DNA of 64,000 nucleotides from Narcine bancroftii (lineage: Eukaryota): contig NC_091473.1 in NCBI RefSeq assembly GCF_036971445.1, forward strand, positions 216,256,001-216,320,000. The letters are read 5' to 3'. Positions 1-13,589 of this stretch are shown in pieces (positions within the stretch are counted from its first letter, which is position 1; the number at the start of each line of letters is the position of its first letter). The notes under the pieces were generated by a model. It searched no databases. It worked only from the letters and a program-made list of their open reading frames with translations, and was not told the origin of the DNA. The position numbers and the translations under genes are program-made.

Positions 1-3000
1 AACTCTCAATGGTCTGAATTTAATCAAGATTTGCTCTAAGGCAGTGGAGCAGGACATCTAAATACGAAGTGGACAAAGGGGTATCTATCAGATACAGGCA
101 GCAGAGTTTTACTTTAATTTGGGCATCGCGGTTAGCATAGACACGTGATCCTGAAGGGCCTGTTCCTGCACTGTACTGCTTTATTTGTGTCCCCTGTGTC
201 CAGCCTCTCCTATTAATTTGAGCCCTTGAGTCCTGCAAACGTGCTTATGAAACCTTTCTGTAACCGAGCTTAAGGCCAACTTTTCTACTTACAACAGTGT
301 GGTGTAAGCGACATCCTGTACAGTTGTAACATGACCAACGAAGACAAATGTATCAAATGGCTTCTTCACCCTCTAACCAACCACCCTCCGCCCCCCCCCC
401 CCCACCACAAGTCTACTGGTTCTATAACGGATTCCAGGGCAGTACCTGTATGTTCATTATGCAAGCTCTGCCCTGTTTAGCCTCTGACTTGTCCAAATTA
501 AATCTTATCATTCCTTTGCCCATCCTCCCAACTCATATCCATCAGCTTAAAAAACTTCAAAAGGGAAGTGAGAGAGTTAAAACAGGAAGCAGTAGACCGT
601 TTTGTTTAAGATCTGCTGCATGAGACATTCAAAAGCTATTTGCAGTACACTTTTTAGAAAAGATCAAGCAAAGTCATCATGATTTCATGAAAGGGAAGTG
701 ATGCTCTTACTTACTGGAGTTCTCAGAAGAACTTGGACGACGGACAAAGGGAAATGTTGACACGTTCAAAGAAGCAACAGCATGGAAACAGGGCCCACCA
801 TATCCACGCTGAACCACTCCGCACTAATCTCAACACACACAGTCCTGGAGAAACTCAGCAGGACATCCAGCATCCATAGGAAGTTAAGGGCAATCAAAGT
901 TTCGGGACTGAGCCTTTTGTCAGGAATCTGGAAAAATAGGTAGATGCCAGGATAAAAAAAAAGGGGGGTGGAGTGGGGCAAGGCCAAAAGGAGAGAAAGC
1001 ACAGGCTACAGGTTAGAGGTAATACATGGGTGGATAGAGGTGTGAGGGTAGAAGGAAGCTGAGATGATTGGAGGAGAGGGCTAAGATGGGTAGCTCTCTG
1101 AAAGAAGGAAGGATGGGGGCTGATGGAAAAGGAGGTAGGTGGAGCCTTACCAGTGCAGCAGAACCTCCCTGCTCAAAGTCAAACCCTCTTGCACTGAAGG
1201 ACATTCCAAATTGCCCTCATGATGACCTGTTGCACCGACAAACCAATCTTTTGTGATTCAAGCACGAGCACGCCCAAGTTCCTCTGCACAACAGCAGGCT
1301 GCAATGTTTCACTATTTAAATAAGCTGGTCTACTTGTTATTTTTTTGAATAAATTAACATCAATAAAGTGGTTGGCCAAAATGGTGGCTCTGCTTGTTGC
1401 AGCAGGCAGAGCAAAGGTGAAAGACCCCATTGTTTTCTCAACCCAGTCCCCCATCCCATCTATATTCACCTATCACCTGCCAGCCCCCGCCAATATTATA
1501 TTTGGGTTCTGGCAGCTCCTTGCTAGTCCTGAGGAAGGATTATGGCCAGAGAGGTTGACTGTCTCTTACCTTAACAGATGCTGGCTGACCTGCCGCAGCC
1601 CTCCAGCACTTTGTGTGCAGCTCCATTGTGTTGACCACAACAGATTGCAATAAGGTAGTGAAAACAGTTTGAAAAGGAAAACATTGAACTGACTAGAACA
1701 CAAGTTGAAATTGTCGTGAATTGTGGCAGCACTTCAGAAATGACCTCCCTGGTCTTGTGTCCTGTGCCCTCTTAATCAAAAGCCTGGGTCCCAGGTGCCT
1801 CCTTCGCCATCTGACCTCATGCTGCCACCTTCAGGAAATTCGGACACATACTCAAGTCTGTCAGCTTCTCAACGCTCCCGAGAGACCTACCATTTATTTG
1901 TTCACATTTATTTAGCCTCCAAAACATGTGTAGGCTCACACTTGCCAGAATTCAATTCCATGTGCTATTAATCTGTCCATCCTACCAACTGCTCATATTT
2001 TTTTTTTAAAAACGTGGCCCCCAGATCAAGTTTATTGTCACCAATAGAGAAGTGCAATGATTGTTTTGCGAGCAGTCCAATGCACAATACAAGTTAACAC
2101 AGCACAGAAGTACAGATCAGGAAGAACAGACCAAAAGGAACATAATTTTATTTAGTTTCATTTAGGAAGCTGATACAGCATAAAAGTGATCTTTTTAAAA
2201 ACATGGTGGTGTGTGACCTAATATGTGGTCATTTTCTTCTCCATGGGATGGGTCTTTTAATATGTTGGCTGCAGCAGTTACAGATGGAGTTGATGGAGGG
2301 GAAGGGGGTGTGTGCGATGATTTGAGCCATATTCACAACCCTCTGCAGCCTGGGCAGACCAGTCCCTGTCCCATACAATGATTTGCTTGTAGATGTCAAG
2401 GTGTATAGTTGACATGCCAAGCTTTCTGAGGAAGTAAAGGTGCTAGTGGTCACTGGAGTTTAACCCCCCCAACACCACCCCCCCCCACCAAGTGATTTAA
2501 AGCTGACTACATACAGCCTCTACCTCAGCACTAGTGGGGTGGACTGGGGAATGAACACCACTCTTCTTCCAGAGATCGATGATCCCTGGTCTTTGAGGAG
2601 AGGTTGTTGCCCTCTCTTCTATATTCTGATTGGTCCTTGACTGAGATCTGCCCTTCGACAGCTACGAATTTATAGCTGGAGTTACAGCGATTTGGCCATG
2701 CAGTCACAGGAATTCAGAGGGTACAGCAGTTGACAGAGTGCAGTGCCACATCCCTGGTTTTGGAAGCAATTGTGGAGGAGGTTCTGTCACCCATCCTCAG
2801 GTTTCCCCCAGCAGAAGTCAAGCATCCAGTTTCAGAGGGGTTTCTAAGGCCAAGATCATGGAGTTTGGGGCTGAGATCATTCAGTACCATTGTGTTTCAA
2901 CCATGCTATCCATAGAATCAAGTTTGGTCCCACCTAATTACTAAATCACACAACTTGCACTTATGTTCATGAGTGCATATGACAAACAGCAATGTCCCAC

Positions 3001-3159
3001 TATTGATCCCGTGATACAGACTGGTTACACCCAGTCAGGAAAAATTCCCCACCACCTCCCCCCTATCTTCTATTACCAAGCCTGCCCTGGATCCCATGGG
3101 CTGTAACCTTCTGACCAGCCTCCCCCATCAGATCTTGTCAAAGTCCATGTAACTAAACC

Positions 3160-4526
3160 ATGAGGTAACTTAGAAAGGTGATGAAGGGAGGTGGATGGAT
3201 GAGGTACACATGGACTTCAGCAAAGCTTTTGATGAGGTGACGTACTCTGGGCTTGCCAAGGTGAAGGCATATGGGTTCAGGAGTGGCACACTGTAGGGAT
3301 TAGTGTTGGGATTTACATGATTTGGGAGTCCTCATGCAAGATCCCTTAAGGTTGATTTGCAGGTAGAATTGGTGGTAAGGGAGGCAATTCAATTCAAGAG
3401 GGTTAGAATATAAAAGCAGGAACGTGTGGCTCAAGGATTGGCTTGAGAGAAGTAGGTTCCAATTCATGAGAAATTTGCAACAATATTCAGAAAGGAAAGA
3501 ACTCTTCAAAAGGGACAGGCTCCATCTTCACTGTGATGGGACCTGGATCTGGGGAAATCGCATAACTAGGACTGTGGTAAGGGCTTTAAACTAAATAGTA
3601 GAGGGTGGGTTCAACAGATTGGAGAGAGATGAATAAAGTAAGAGTGTGGATAAAGTAAAAGCTAAAAAAAAGAGAACAGTAAGAATAGAGGGGTAAAAGC
3701 CAAGTGCAAAAGAGGCAAAGATTACTAGATTTTAAAAGTACAATGAGTATAAGGGACACTTGATCTGAATGCCCATAGTATTCAAAACAAGGTCAGTGAA
3801 CTTGTAGCACAAATTAGTACAAAGGGATAAGATTTTGTGATTATTACAGATGGTTACAGGGTGAAGAGGATTTGGAATTAAATATCCAAGGATATCAGGT
3901 AATAAGGAATGACAGGCAGGAAGGAAAGGGGGTGGAGTAGCGCTCTTATTTAAGGATGAGATCAGGGCAATAGTGAGACATGATGCAACATCTAAGGAGC
4001 AAAATGTTGAATGCATTTGGGTAGAAATTAGGAATCATAAATGGAAAAAGTCATTGGTGTGAGTTGTCTGCAGGACACCCAATAATATTAAAGAGGCACA
4101 GGGAATACACTGAAAAATATCAGAAGTATGAAAGGATGGAAGAGCAGTTATTGAGGGGGACTTTAACATGCACATAGACAGGGTGAAACAAGTTGGTTGA
4201 GGAGGACTTCATAGAATGCAAACATGATGGCTTTCTTGAACAGCATGTTACTGGACCTACAAGGGAACATGCTATCTTGGATCTGGTCCTGTGCAATGAG
4301 ACAGGTAAAATTAGCGATCTTGTAGGATTCTCTTGGAAAGAGTGATTATAGTATGTTTGAGTTTCTCAACTGTTCGGTCTAAATCGGTGTTCTGCCTAAA
4401 CGAGGGGATGAGGGAGGAGTTGGCCAGGTTAGACTGGGAGCACAGACTATATGGAGGGACTGTTGAGGAACAATAGAAGACTTACAAAGATTTTTTTTTC
4501 ACACTGTTCAACAAAGTACATTTCCA
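3160..4526 (+). mobile_element. Degenerate CR1 LINE fragments
   Basis: Remnants of MDFSKAFD and of the CR1 endonuclease region (GDFNM, ILDLVLCNE), with many stops. Confidence 0.75.
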
Positions 4527-7157
4527 TGGGTGTGTCCAAACACAAGACTGATTTGGGTAAAAGTAGGAAAATTGTTAGAACAAATTACTCTTATTTCATT
4601 CATATCCACAAAATCCTGATTTATTTTTGTTAGGGAATGCTGAGGGAAACATTCACAACTCAACAAAAGTTGGTGAAAATAGTATTGGCACTGGCAAGAG
4701 AATGTATTGCGGTCACCTGGAAGTCAGATTCTTATCTGGGCATACACAGATTGCACGTGGAAATAAAGAAATCCATCCCTTTGGAAAAAAATTACATATA
4801 ATTTGAGAAATAAATTATAACATATTTACAAATATATACACAAGATAGATATTGTGGGTTAGTTTTAACCTTTTGTAATCGTGATTCCCTACGACCTCAC
4901 CAGATAGAACAGATAAATACTTGATAGTTAAGTCCTCTGTGTTCCCCGGCCTGCCTTAGTAGTCTTATTTTTCTCTTCTCTTTTAAATGTGTTATTATAT
5001 AATATCAACATGTATAAGTAATGAATGTTTTCATTTCAGGATTGGGGAGGGGTTTAGTTTTTTTTTAAGGGGAGGGGGTTTAAATTTATTTTTTTGTAGT
5101 TAGCATTAATCTGTATCAAAATGATGGATGTATATGGACTCTATGTGAGCTTGCAGGCGCCTCAGATTGAAGAGACTGCCATCCGTGCGGTACCGGATGT
5201 AAACAGCGTCTTCATTGTTGGGGTCTTTCATGGCTTGGTTCAGCATCATGCTGAAGAAGATTGAAAAGAGGGTTGGTGCCAGAACACAGCCTTGCTTCAC
5301 GCCATTGTTAATGGAGAAGGGTTCAGAGAGCTCATTGCTGTATCTGACCCGACCTTGTTGGTTTTCGTGCAGTTGGATAATCATGTTGAGGAACTTTGGG
5401 GGACATCCGATGCGCTCTAGTATTTGCCAAAGCCCTTTCCTGCTCACGGTGTCGAAGGCTTTGGTGAGGTCAACAAAGGTGATGTAGAGTCCTTTGTTTT
5501 GTTCTCTGCACTTTTCTTGGAGCTGTCTGAGGGCAAAGACCATGTCAGTGGTTCCTCTGTTTGCGCGAAAGCCGCACTGTGATTCTGGGAGAATATTCTC
5601 AGCGACACTAGGTATTATTCTATTTAGTAGAATCCTAGCGAAGATTTTGCCTGCAATGGAGAGCAACGTGATTCCCCTGTAGTTTGAGCAGTCTGATTTC
5701 TCGCCTTTGTTTTTGTACAGGGTGATGATGGTGGCATCACGAAGATCCTGAGGCAGTTTACCTTGGTCCCAACAAAGCTTGAAAAACTCATGCAGTTTGG
5801 CATGCAGAGTTTTGCCGCCAGCCTTCCAGACTTCTGGGGGGATTCCATCCATACCTGCTGCTTTGCCACTTTTCAGTTGTTCGATTGCCTTATATGTCTC
5901 ATCCAGGGTGGGAACCTCATCCAGCTCTAGCCTTAGGGGCTGTTGAGGGAGCTGGAGCAGGGCGGAATCTTGGACTGAGCGGTTGGTACTGAAAAGAGAT
6001 TGGAAGTGTTCTGACCATCGGTTGAGGATGGAGATCTTGTCGCTGAGGAGGACTTTGCCGTCTGAGCTGCGCCAAGACACAAGAGAAACTTGTCCGTGAA
6101 CTACTCTTTGCAGATGATGCCGCTTTAGTTGCCCATTCAGAGCCAGCTCTTCAGCGCTTGACGTCCTGCTTTGCGGAAACTGCCAAAATGTTTGGCCTGG
6201 AAGTCAGCCTGAAGAAAACTGAGGTCCTCCATCAGCCAGCTCCCCACCATGACTACCAGCCCCCCCACATCTCCATCGGGCACACAAAACTCAAAACGGT
6301 CAACCAGTTTACCTATCTCGGCTGCACCATTTCATCAGATGCAAGGATCGACAATGGGATAGACAACAGACTCGCCAAGGCAAATAGCGCCTTTGGAAGA
6401 CTACACAAAAGAGTCTGGAAAAACAACCAACTGAAAAACCTCACAAAGATGAGCGTATACAGAGCCGTTGTCATACCCACACTCCTGTTCGGCTCCGAAT
6501 CATGGGTCCTCTACCGGCACCACCTACGGCTCCTAGAACGCTTCCACCAGCGTTGTCTCCGCTCCATCCTCAACATCCATTGGAGCGCTCACACCCCTAA
6601 CGTCGAGGTACTCGAGATGGCAGAGGTCGACAGCATCGAGTCCACGCTGCTGAAGATCCAGCTGCGCTGGATGGGTCACGTCTCCAGAATGGAGGACCAT
6701 CGCCTTCCCAAGATCGTATTATATGGCGAGCTCTCCACTGGCCACCGTGACAGAGGTGCACCAAAGAAAAGGTACAAGGACTGCCTAAAGAAATCTCTTA
6801 GTGCCTGCCACATTGACCACCGCCAGTGGGCTGATAACGCCTCAAACCGTGCATCTTGGCGCCTCACAGTTTGGCGGGCAGCAGCCTCCTTTGAAGAAGA
6901 CCGCAGAGCCCACCTCACTGACAAAAGGCAAAGGAGGAAAAACCCAACACCCAACCCACCAATTTTCCCTTGCAACCGCTGCAATCGTGTCTGCCTGTCC
7001 CGCATCGGACTGGTCAGCCACAAACGAGCCTGCAGCTGACGTGGACTTTTTACCCCCTCCATAAATCTTCGTCCGCGAAGCCAAGCCAAAGAAGAGATAT
7101 GGACTCTATATACATCCTACAAGTATGAACCTTCAAAATAAAGTATTTAAAAAAAAA
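4527..7157 (+). mobile_element. 5'-truncated L1 3' end, interrupted by an RTE
   Basis: L1 ORF2 C-terminal remnant (IAVTWKSD...IPLEKITYNLRNK) and an AT-rich 3' UTR that resumes at 7097 and ends AATAAA...poly(A) at about 7157. Confidence 0.7.
5145..7096. mobile_element. Young RTE-clade LINE with 5' inversion
   Basis: Minus segment 5145-6071 encodes the RT N-part (NYRGITLL, QCGFR, FVDLTKAFD, GVKQGCVLAP). Plus segment 6072-7096 encodes LFADD through the C-terminal CxxC/H motif and an AAG-rich tail. 13-bp TSD ATATGGACTCTAT at 5132-5144 and 7097-7109. Confidence 0.95.
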
Positions 7158-7299
7158 GTTCATTCCAGTTCAAACCTTTAGGAGCTTGATTGGAGTTGTG
7201 TTTAGGGAAGAGGTGAAAGGTTATATACAAGCAGAACCTAGCTCTCCAAACTTTTTGTAAGCTTTTCTTTTCTTCCTTTTTTAAAACCGTTTGTTTACC

Positions 7300-10200
7300 A
7301 CAGTTCCTGGACCATACCATAACTTCCCTTTCTCACTGGAACAAACATATGCAGAACTCCACACAAACATCCCCTGAATATTCACATTTCTTCCATACTT
7401 TTACCTGAGAATATCTGTTCCCAATTTAAGATGCATGATAGCCCATAACTCCCCTTACTCCAAATAAAAGCTTTTCCAACTTTTCTGTTCCTATCTCTTG
7501 CTCCAATGCTTTGTAAAGGAGATGGAATTATGATCACCATCTCCAAAATGGTCTCCCACTGAGACCTATAACCATATAACCACTTACAGCACAGAACAGG
7601 CCAGTTCGGCCCTACTGGTCCATGCCATAGCAAATACCCACCCTCCTAGTCCCACTGACCAGCACCCGGTCCATACCCCTCTAGTCCCCTCCTATCCATG
7701 TAACGATCCAGTCTTTCCTTAAATGTAACCAATGATCCCGCCTCGACCACATCTGCCGGAAGCTCATTCCACATCCCCACCACCCTCTGCGTAAAGAAAT
7801 TTCCCCTCTTGTTCCCCTTATAATTTTCTCCCTTCAATCTTAAACCATGTCCTCTAGTTTGAATCTCCCCCTTTCTTAATTGAAAAAGCCTATCCACATT
7901 TACTCTGTCTGTCCCTTTTAAAATCTTAAACACCTCTATCAAGTCCCCTCTCAATCTTCTACGCTCCAGAGAAAAAAGCCCTAGTCTGCACAATCTTTCC
8001 CTGTAACTCAGACCCTGAAATCCTGTCAACATTCTCGTGAACCTTCTCTGCACTCTCTCTATGTTGTTTATATCTTTCCTATAATTTGGTGACCAAAACT
8101 GTACACAGTACTCCAAATTTGGCCTCACCAATGCCTTGTACAATTTCATCATAACCTCCCTACTCTTGAATTCAATACTCTGATTTATGAAGGCCAACAT
8201 TCCAAATGCCTTCTTCACCACACCATCTACCTGAGTATCAGCCTTGAGCGTACTATTTACCATAACTCCTAAATCCCTTTATTGCTCTGCACTCCTCAAT
8301 TGTCTACCATTCAATGTATATGACCTATTTAAATTTGCCTTTCCAAAATGCAGCACCTCACATTTATCTGTATTAAATTCCATCAGCCATTTCTCAGCCC
8401 ACACCTCCAGCCTTCCTAAATCACCTTTTAATCTACGGTAATCTACCTCACTGTCCACAACACCACCAATCTTTGTGTCATCCTCAAACTTGCTTATCCA
8501 ATTCTCTACCCCTACATCCAGATCGTTAATATATATAACAAATAATAGTGGACCCAGGACCGAACCCTGAGGAACTCCACTAGTCACCGGCCTCCAATTG
8601 GACAAACAATTTTCTACCACTACTCTCTGACACCTTCCATCCAACCACTGCTGAATCCATTTCACTACCTCCTTATTTATACCTAATGCCTCCACCTTTT
8701 TTCCTAACCTCCTGTGGGGAACTTTGTCAAAAGCTTTACTAAAGTCCAAATAGACAACATCTACAGCTTTCCCTTCATCAACCTTTTTTGTAACCCCCTC
8801 GAAGAACTCAATCAGGTTTGTCAAGCATGATCTACCCCTGACAAAACCATGCTGATTACTCCCTATCAATCCTTGTACCTCCCAAAATTTGTAAATAGCA
8901 TCCCTCAGAACACTTTCCATCAACTTGCCCACCACAGACGTCAGACTTACAGGCCTATAATTCCCAGGTTTGCATTTGGACCCTTTCTTAAACAGAGGAA
9001 CCACATGCGCCACCCTCCAATCCTTTGGTACCACCCCCGTGGCCAGTGACATCCTAAATATCTCTGTTAATGGCCCCACTTACTGTCCACTTGCCTCCCT
9101 GAGTGTCCTAGGGAATATTTTGTCCGGTCCGGGAGATTTATCCACCTTTATCTTTTTTAACACAGCCATCACTACCTCCTCGGTTATCCTTATATGCTTC
9201 ATGTCCTCCCCACTAATTTTCTTTACTTCAACTGGTTCAACATTTTTTTCCCTAGTGAATACCGAGGCAAAGACCTGACCAGGTTCATTTTCCAAAACCA
9301 AATCAAGTAGTCTCTCTTGTAGGCTTATCTACATATCGTATTAAGAAACCTTCCTGAACGTACCTTAGACTCCACCCTATCTAAACCCCTTGCTCTAGGG
9401 AGATACCAATCAATATCTGGACATTAAAATCTCCCATCACAACAACTCTGTTATTTTATTGCATCTTTCCCGGATCGGTTTCCCTATCTGTTCCTCAATA
9501 TCCCTGTTCCTATTGGGTGGCCTAAATAAAAAAAATGCTCAGTAAAATTGTTGATCCCTTCCTGTTCCTAACCTCCACCCCAAAGAGACTTTGCAGACAA
9601 TCCCTCCATGATGTCCACCTTTCCTGTAGCCGTGACACTATCCGTGATCAACACCCCCCCACCCCCCCACCTCTTTGGCCTCCCTCCCTGCCCTTACTGA
9701 AATATCTAAAACCCGGCACTTGAAGTAACCATTCCTGTCTCTGAGCCATCCAAGTCTCCATAATGGCTACCACATCATAGCTTCAAGTACTAATGCACGC
9801 TCTAAGATCACCCGTCTTGTACACAATACTCCTTGTTTTATAATAGACACATCTCAAACTATCCATGAGTGCATCCCTTCTCAATCATCTGCCTAACCCC
9901 CCCACCACCACACACACACGGTCTCCAAGCTTTCTATATTTGTGAGGTAACAGCCTCTTCCCCAGTCTCTTCAGTTCGGTTCCCACCCCTCCGCCCAACA
10001 ACTCTAATTTAAACAGTAGCCTTAGCAAACCTCCCCACCAGGATATTGGTCCACCTGGGATTCAAGGGCAACCCATCTTTTTTGTACAGGTCCCAAAAAA
10101 GATCCCAATGGTCCAGAAATCTGAATCCCTGGCTCCTCCTCCAATCCCTCAGCCACGCATTTATCCTCCAACTCATTCTATTCCTATACTCACTGTCGCT

Positions 10201-10630
10201 TCTCTTCTCTTTTTCTACCTATGTCATTGGTACCAATATGTGCTATGATCTCTGGCTGTTCTTCCTCCCTCTGCAGGATATCTTGGACAAGATCTGAAAC
10301 ATCCCAGCACCCGGGAGGCAAATGATCATCGGAGTTTCTTTCCTGCATCCATAGAATCACCTGTCTGACCCCCTAACTATAGAATCCCCTATCACTGCTG
10401 CCTTCCTCTTCCTTTCTCTATCCTTCTGAGCCACAGGGCCGGACTCTGTGCAAGAGGCACGGCCACTATTGCTTCCCCCAGGTAAGCTGTCTCCCCCCCC
10501 CCCCCCCCCCCAACAGTACTCAAACAGGAGAATTTGTTGTCAAGGGTTCAGCCACAGGGACAACCTCTTGTACCTGACTCGTTCCCTTCTCCTTCCTGAC
10601 TGTGATCCACTTGGCCCCAGTGTGACCACC
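7300..10630 (-). mobile_element. Older CR1 LINE hosting the young CR1
   Basis: Degenerate ORF1-esterase and APE-region sequence continues across the 7568-9270 insertion. Confidence 0.7.
7568..9270 (-). mobile_element. Young 5'-truncated CR1 LINE
   Basis: ORFs 8279-9079 and 7646-8263 (YLDFSKAFD, GVPQGSVLGP, KFEDDTK). 3' tail GGTTATATGGTTAT. Flanked by AGACCT at 7562-7567 and 9271-9276. Confidence 0.92.
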
Positions 10631-10637
10631 TGCCACC

Positions 10638-11590
10638 TAATGTCTTCCCTCTTTAAACAATGTGGCTTTCCCTCTACCACCATCAACTTTGCACTCACCC
10701 ACACTACCTCCATTACCCACACATCTGCCCTGGCCACCTCTACTCCCATGTGCAACAGGAACAGGATTTCTCTTGTCCTCACCTACCACCCCACCAGCTT
10801 CCACATCCAACATATCCTCCTCCACCAGTTCCGCTACCTACTACACGATCCCACCACTAGACACATATTCCCCTTTCCTCCTCTCTCCATCTTCCACAGG
10901 GATCAATCCCTCAGTGACTCCCTTGTCCACTCCTGTCTCCCTACTTGGGACCTACCTCTATGACTGAAGGAGATGCTCCACTTGCGGGCCACACCTCCTC
11001 CCTCACCACCATTTCACTTGAGAATTTGCAGGGGTCATCTACTGTATCCGGTGCTCCCGCTATGGCCTCCTCTCCTCTACATTGGAGAGACTGGGAGATC
11101 ACTTTGTTGAACATCTCAGCCCTGTACCCCGCAATAGTGTGGATCAGCCCCATTCCTTGCTGACATACCTGCCCATGGTCTCATGCACTGCTAGACTGAA
11201 ACCACCCGTAAATTGAAGGAACAACATATCTTCTGAGTGGGCACCCTCCAACTGGATAGTATTAATATCGACTTCCCTGGCTCTCCTTAAACTCCACCCC
11301 CCCTTCCCCGTCATCTCTCCTTTCACACAGACATGATCAATTTTATTGTAGTCCCTCATCACATCCACTTAACGCCTTTTGTTGGTCTGGATTCCTCCCC
11401 CATTGTTTGAATTCTGAGACTTTCTGATATATCCCGATTCTGCCTTTTCTGATTTTTCCTTGAAGACGGGGCTCAGGCCCGAAACGTCGGCGATATATCT
11501 TTGTCTCCTATCAGATGCTGAAAAGACCAGCTGAGTTGCTCCAGCATTACGGTATATTTACTACAATCACAGCGTATACAGCCTAGGTGT
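10638..11590 (+). mobile_element. Penelope-like element remnant (GIY-YIG region + pLTR)
   Basis: MSSLFKQCGFPSTTIN...LVLTYHPTS...IFPFPPLSIFHRDQSLSDSLVHS, then GVIYCIRCSRYGLL-YIGET. Terminal repeat carries a hammerhead-like motif at 11458-11490. Confidence 0.8.
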
Positions 11591-12339
11591 TTTTATGGAG
11601 GACCTCCACTTCGAGGCTGGCTCTATCCGCGGAGAAAGATCTGCACTTGCCTTTCTAATGGAGCAGCCCTAAAAGGCTGTTCCAGCGTTGCCTTTATGCG
11701 AAGCAGCACCTTGGTGTGTCCTCCAGAGCTACTATAGGTGGACGACTTTAGCTGTGGTGCCACCCATTAACACAACGGCATAAATACGTGGGGAGCAGCG
11801 GCCGTCTTTGTTACCCATAATCCCCACGCAGCCAGAACCGCTCTGGGAAATGCAGAGAAGTTCAGCTGCGTGTGGGATCACGGTTAATGAAGTCGGCCAT
11901 TGTCGGGCACAGGGCACAGCCTCAGGGGAGGGGGGTGTGAATCTGTGGAATTCGTTGCCACAGGCAGCTGTTGAGGCCAAATCACAGGGTATATTTGAGA
12001 CAGAGGTAGATAGATTCATAAGAGACCAGGAACACAGAAGAGAACTAGCTCACCCCCGCCTGCAGTGCTCTCTCCCTTGGGGACGGGGTGACTGGTGGCA
12101 TCCCCAAGATTTAGGCTGGTTGATTGGGCGGGGGGGAGCCGATTTATCCACAAGCGTGAGGGAAGGCTCTCCTCCCTCCTACCACACTTCAGCCGTAAGT
12201 GAAATGCTGCTGGTTGGGGGGGGTGATGAATCATGACGATTTAGGTTGGGGGGGTGGGGGGAGGGGAAGCAGGTTCATAGTTTTCATAGTTTAACCATCA
12301 CCAGCCAGGGCAGGAGAGTGGAGTGCCTGCGGCCCCTAG

Positions 12340-13120
12340 AGATGCGTGCCAGCTCAGACGGCTACTCCATAAACCTGGTACCCCAGGAGAAAGGGTCCTA
12401 ACAGGTAGAATGGTCATGCTAGACATGGAGGAAGTGAAACAATTACAGAGGGATGCCTCTGCAACTGAACAACAATGACGGAAACAAGAGGACTACACCC
12501 TGGACCATACCACTGGCCTTTGGCTCACCCCCTTGGTCAAATTTGTGTACCTGATGTGTGCTTACGGTTGTTTTTGACATATTTCGACTCTCTTACCCAT
12601 GCAGGAAAGGAAGGAATGATAAGGATGACAAAAGAAACATGATGGCATCATAAAATCCAGCAAGAGGCATCATGACAAGCTTCCGAATGTAAAATTTGTC
12701 GGAAGACCAATCCGGGCAGGTCTTTGCCGGGACTGTGCCTTTGCCATCACGACTGTTTGAATACATACAGATAGATTTTATTGAAATGCCGCAGGACCAT
12801 TGCTATAAATATTGCTTAGTAGTATTAGATTTGTTTTGTAGCTGGATCAAGGCTTTACCTATTACTGATTATACACCTGAAATTACTGTAACCTTGTCAA
12901 TAAAGGAAGTAATTCCGAGGTTTGGACTATCAACTTTGATCAGTTCAAACAACAGTCACACCTCACAGCTGCAATAAACAAAAAACTTTGTCAGTTTCAT
13001 TGTGTACATCATCCACAAGCCTCTGGTATGGTAGCGAGAGAGCAAAAGGTACCCCTCAAAATAAACTGATCAAGTTGATGGGAGAAATGGGCCAGTCTTG
13101 GATTGAAAGTTGTGAATGAT
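12340..13120 (+). mobile_element. Endogenous retrovirus pol (integrase) remnant
   Basis: PLPSRLFEYIQIDFIEMP...YKYCLVVLDLFCSWIKALP...KEVIPRFGL followed by an HCVHHPQASGMV remnant; resembles class I (gamma/epsilon-like) integrase. Confidence 0.8.
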
Positions 13121-13589
13121 TATATTAACTTCAGATAGTCTTTAAACAAAGGGATCATTAGAGAGAAGGACTGACTGCAGCATAAAGTCAGCCCAAAACT
13201 GGCATCCAACCGTGTATCCCCAAGAGCAGGCCAACTCCCCTTGCACACCGGGGCGGGGGTCGAGGGGAAGAACCAGCACAGGAAGCTCAAGGGAGGCTCA
13301 TTAGACAAATGTCTGCAGGAATTACCCAGGGCAAAATCACTGAACAGCTTTGTTAGGTCCTGGATCATCGTGACGTCATTAGCCAGCCCAAGCTAGCCGT
13401 TTGCAGCAGCAGTATATTTATGATGCGTGGCGGAGTGCTCCGATCCATCACCGACACTAAGTTGAAGAAGGATTGAAGTCGGCGCCTTGGAGCCGCTCAC
13501 GGAGCATTTATGATGGCAAGTTCTGCAACGCAAGGATAGAGAAGCTCTGCCTTTACAGTCCCATTTTTCCACTTGATAAAAGGGCCTAC

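Noticed and set aside
1179-1915. Candidate NDUFS2 exon 3
   Set aside because: Translations match decayed CR1 ORF2, not NFGPQHPAAHGVLRL.
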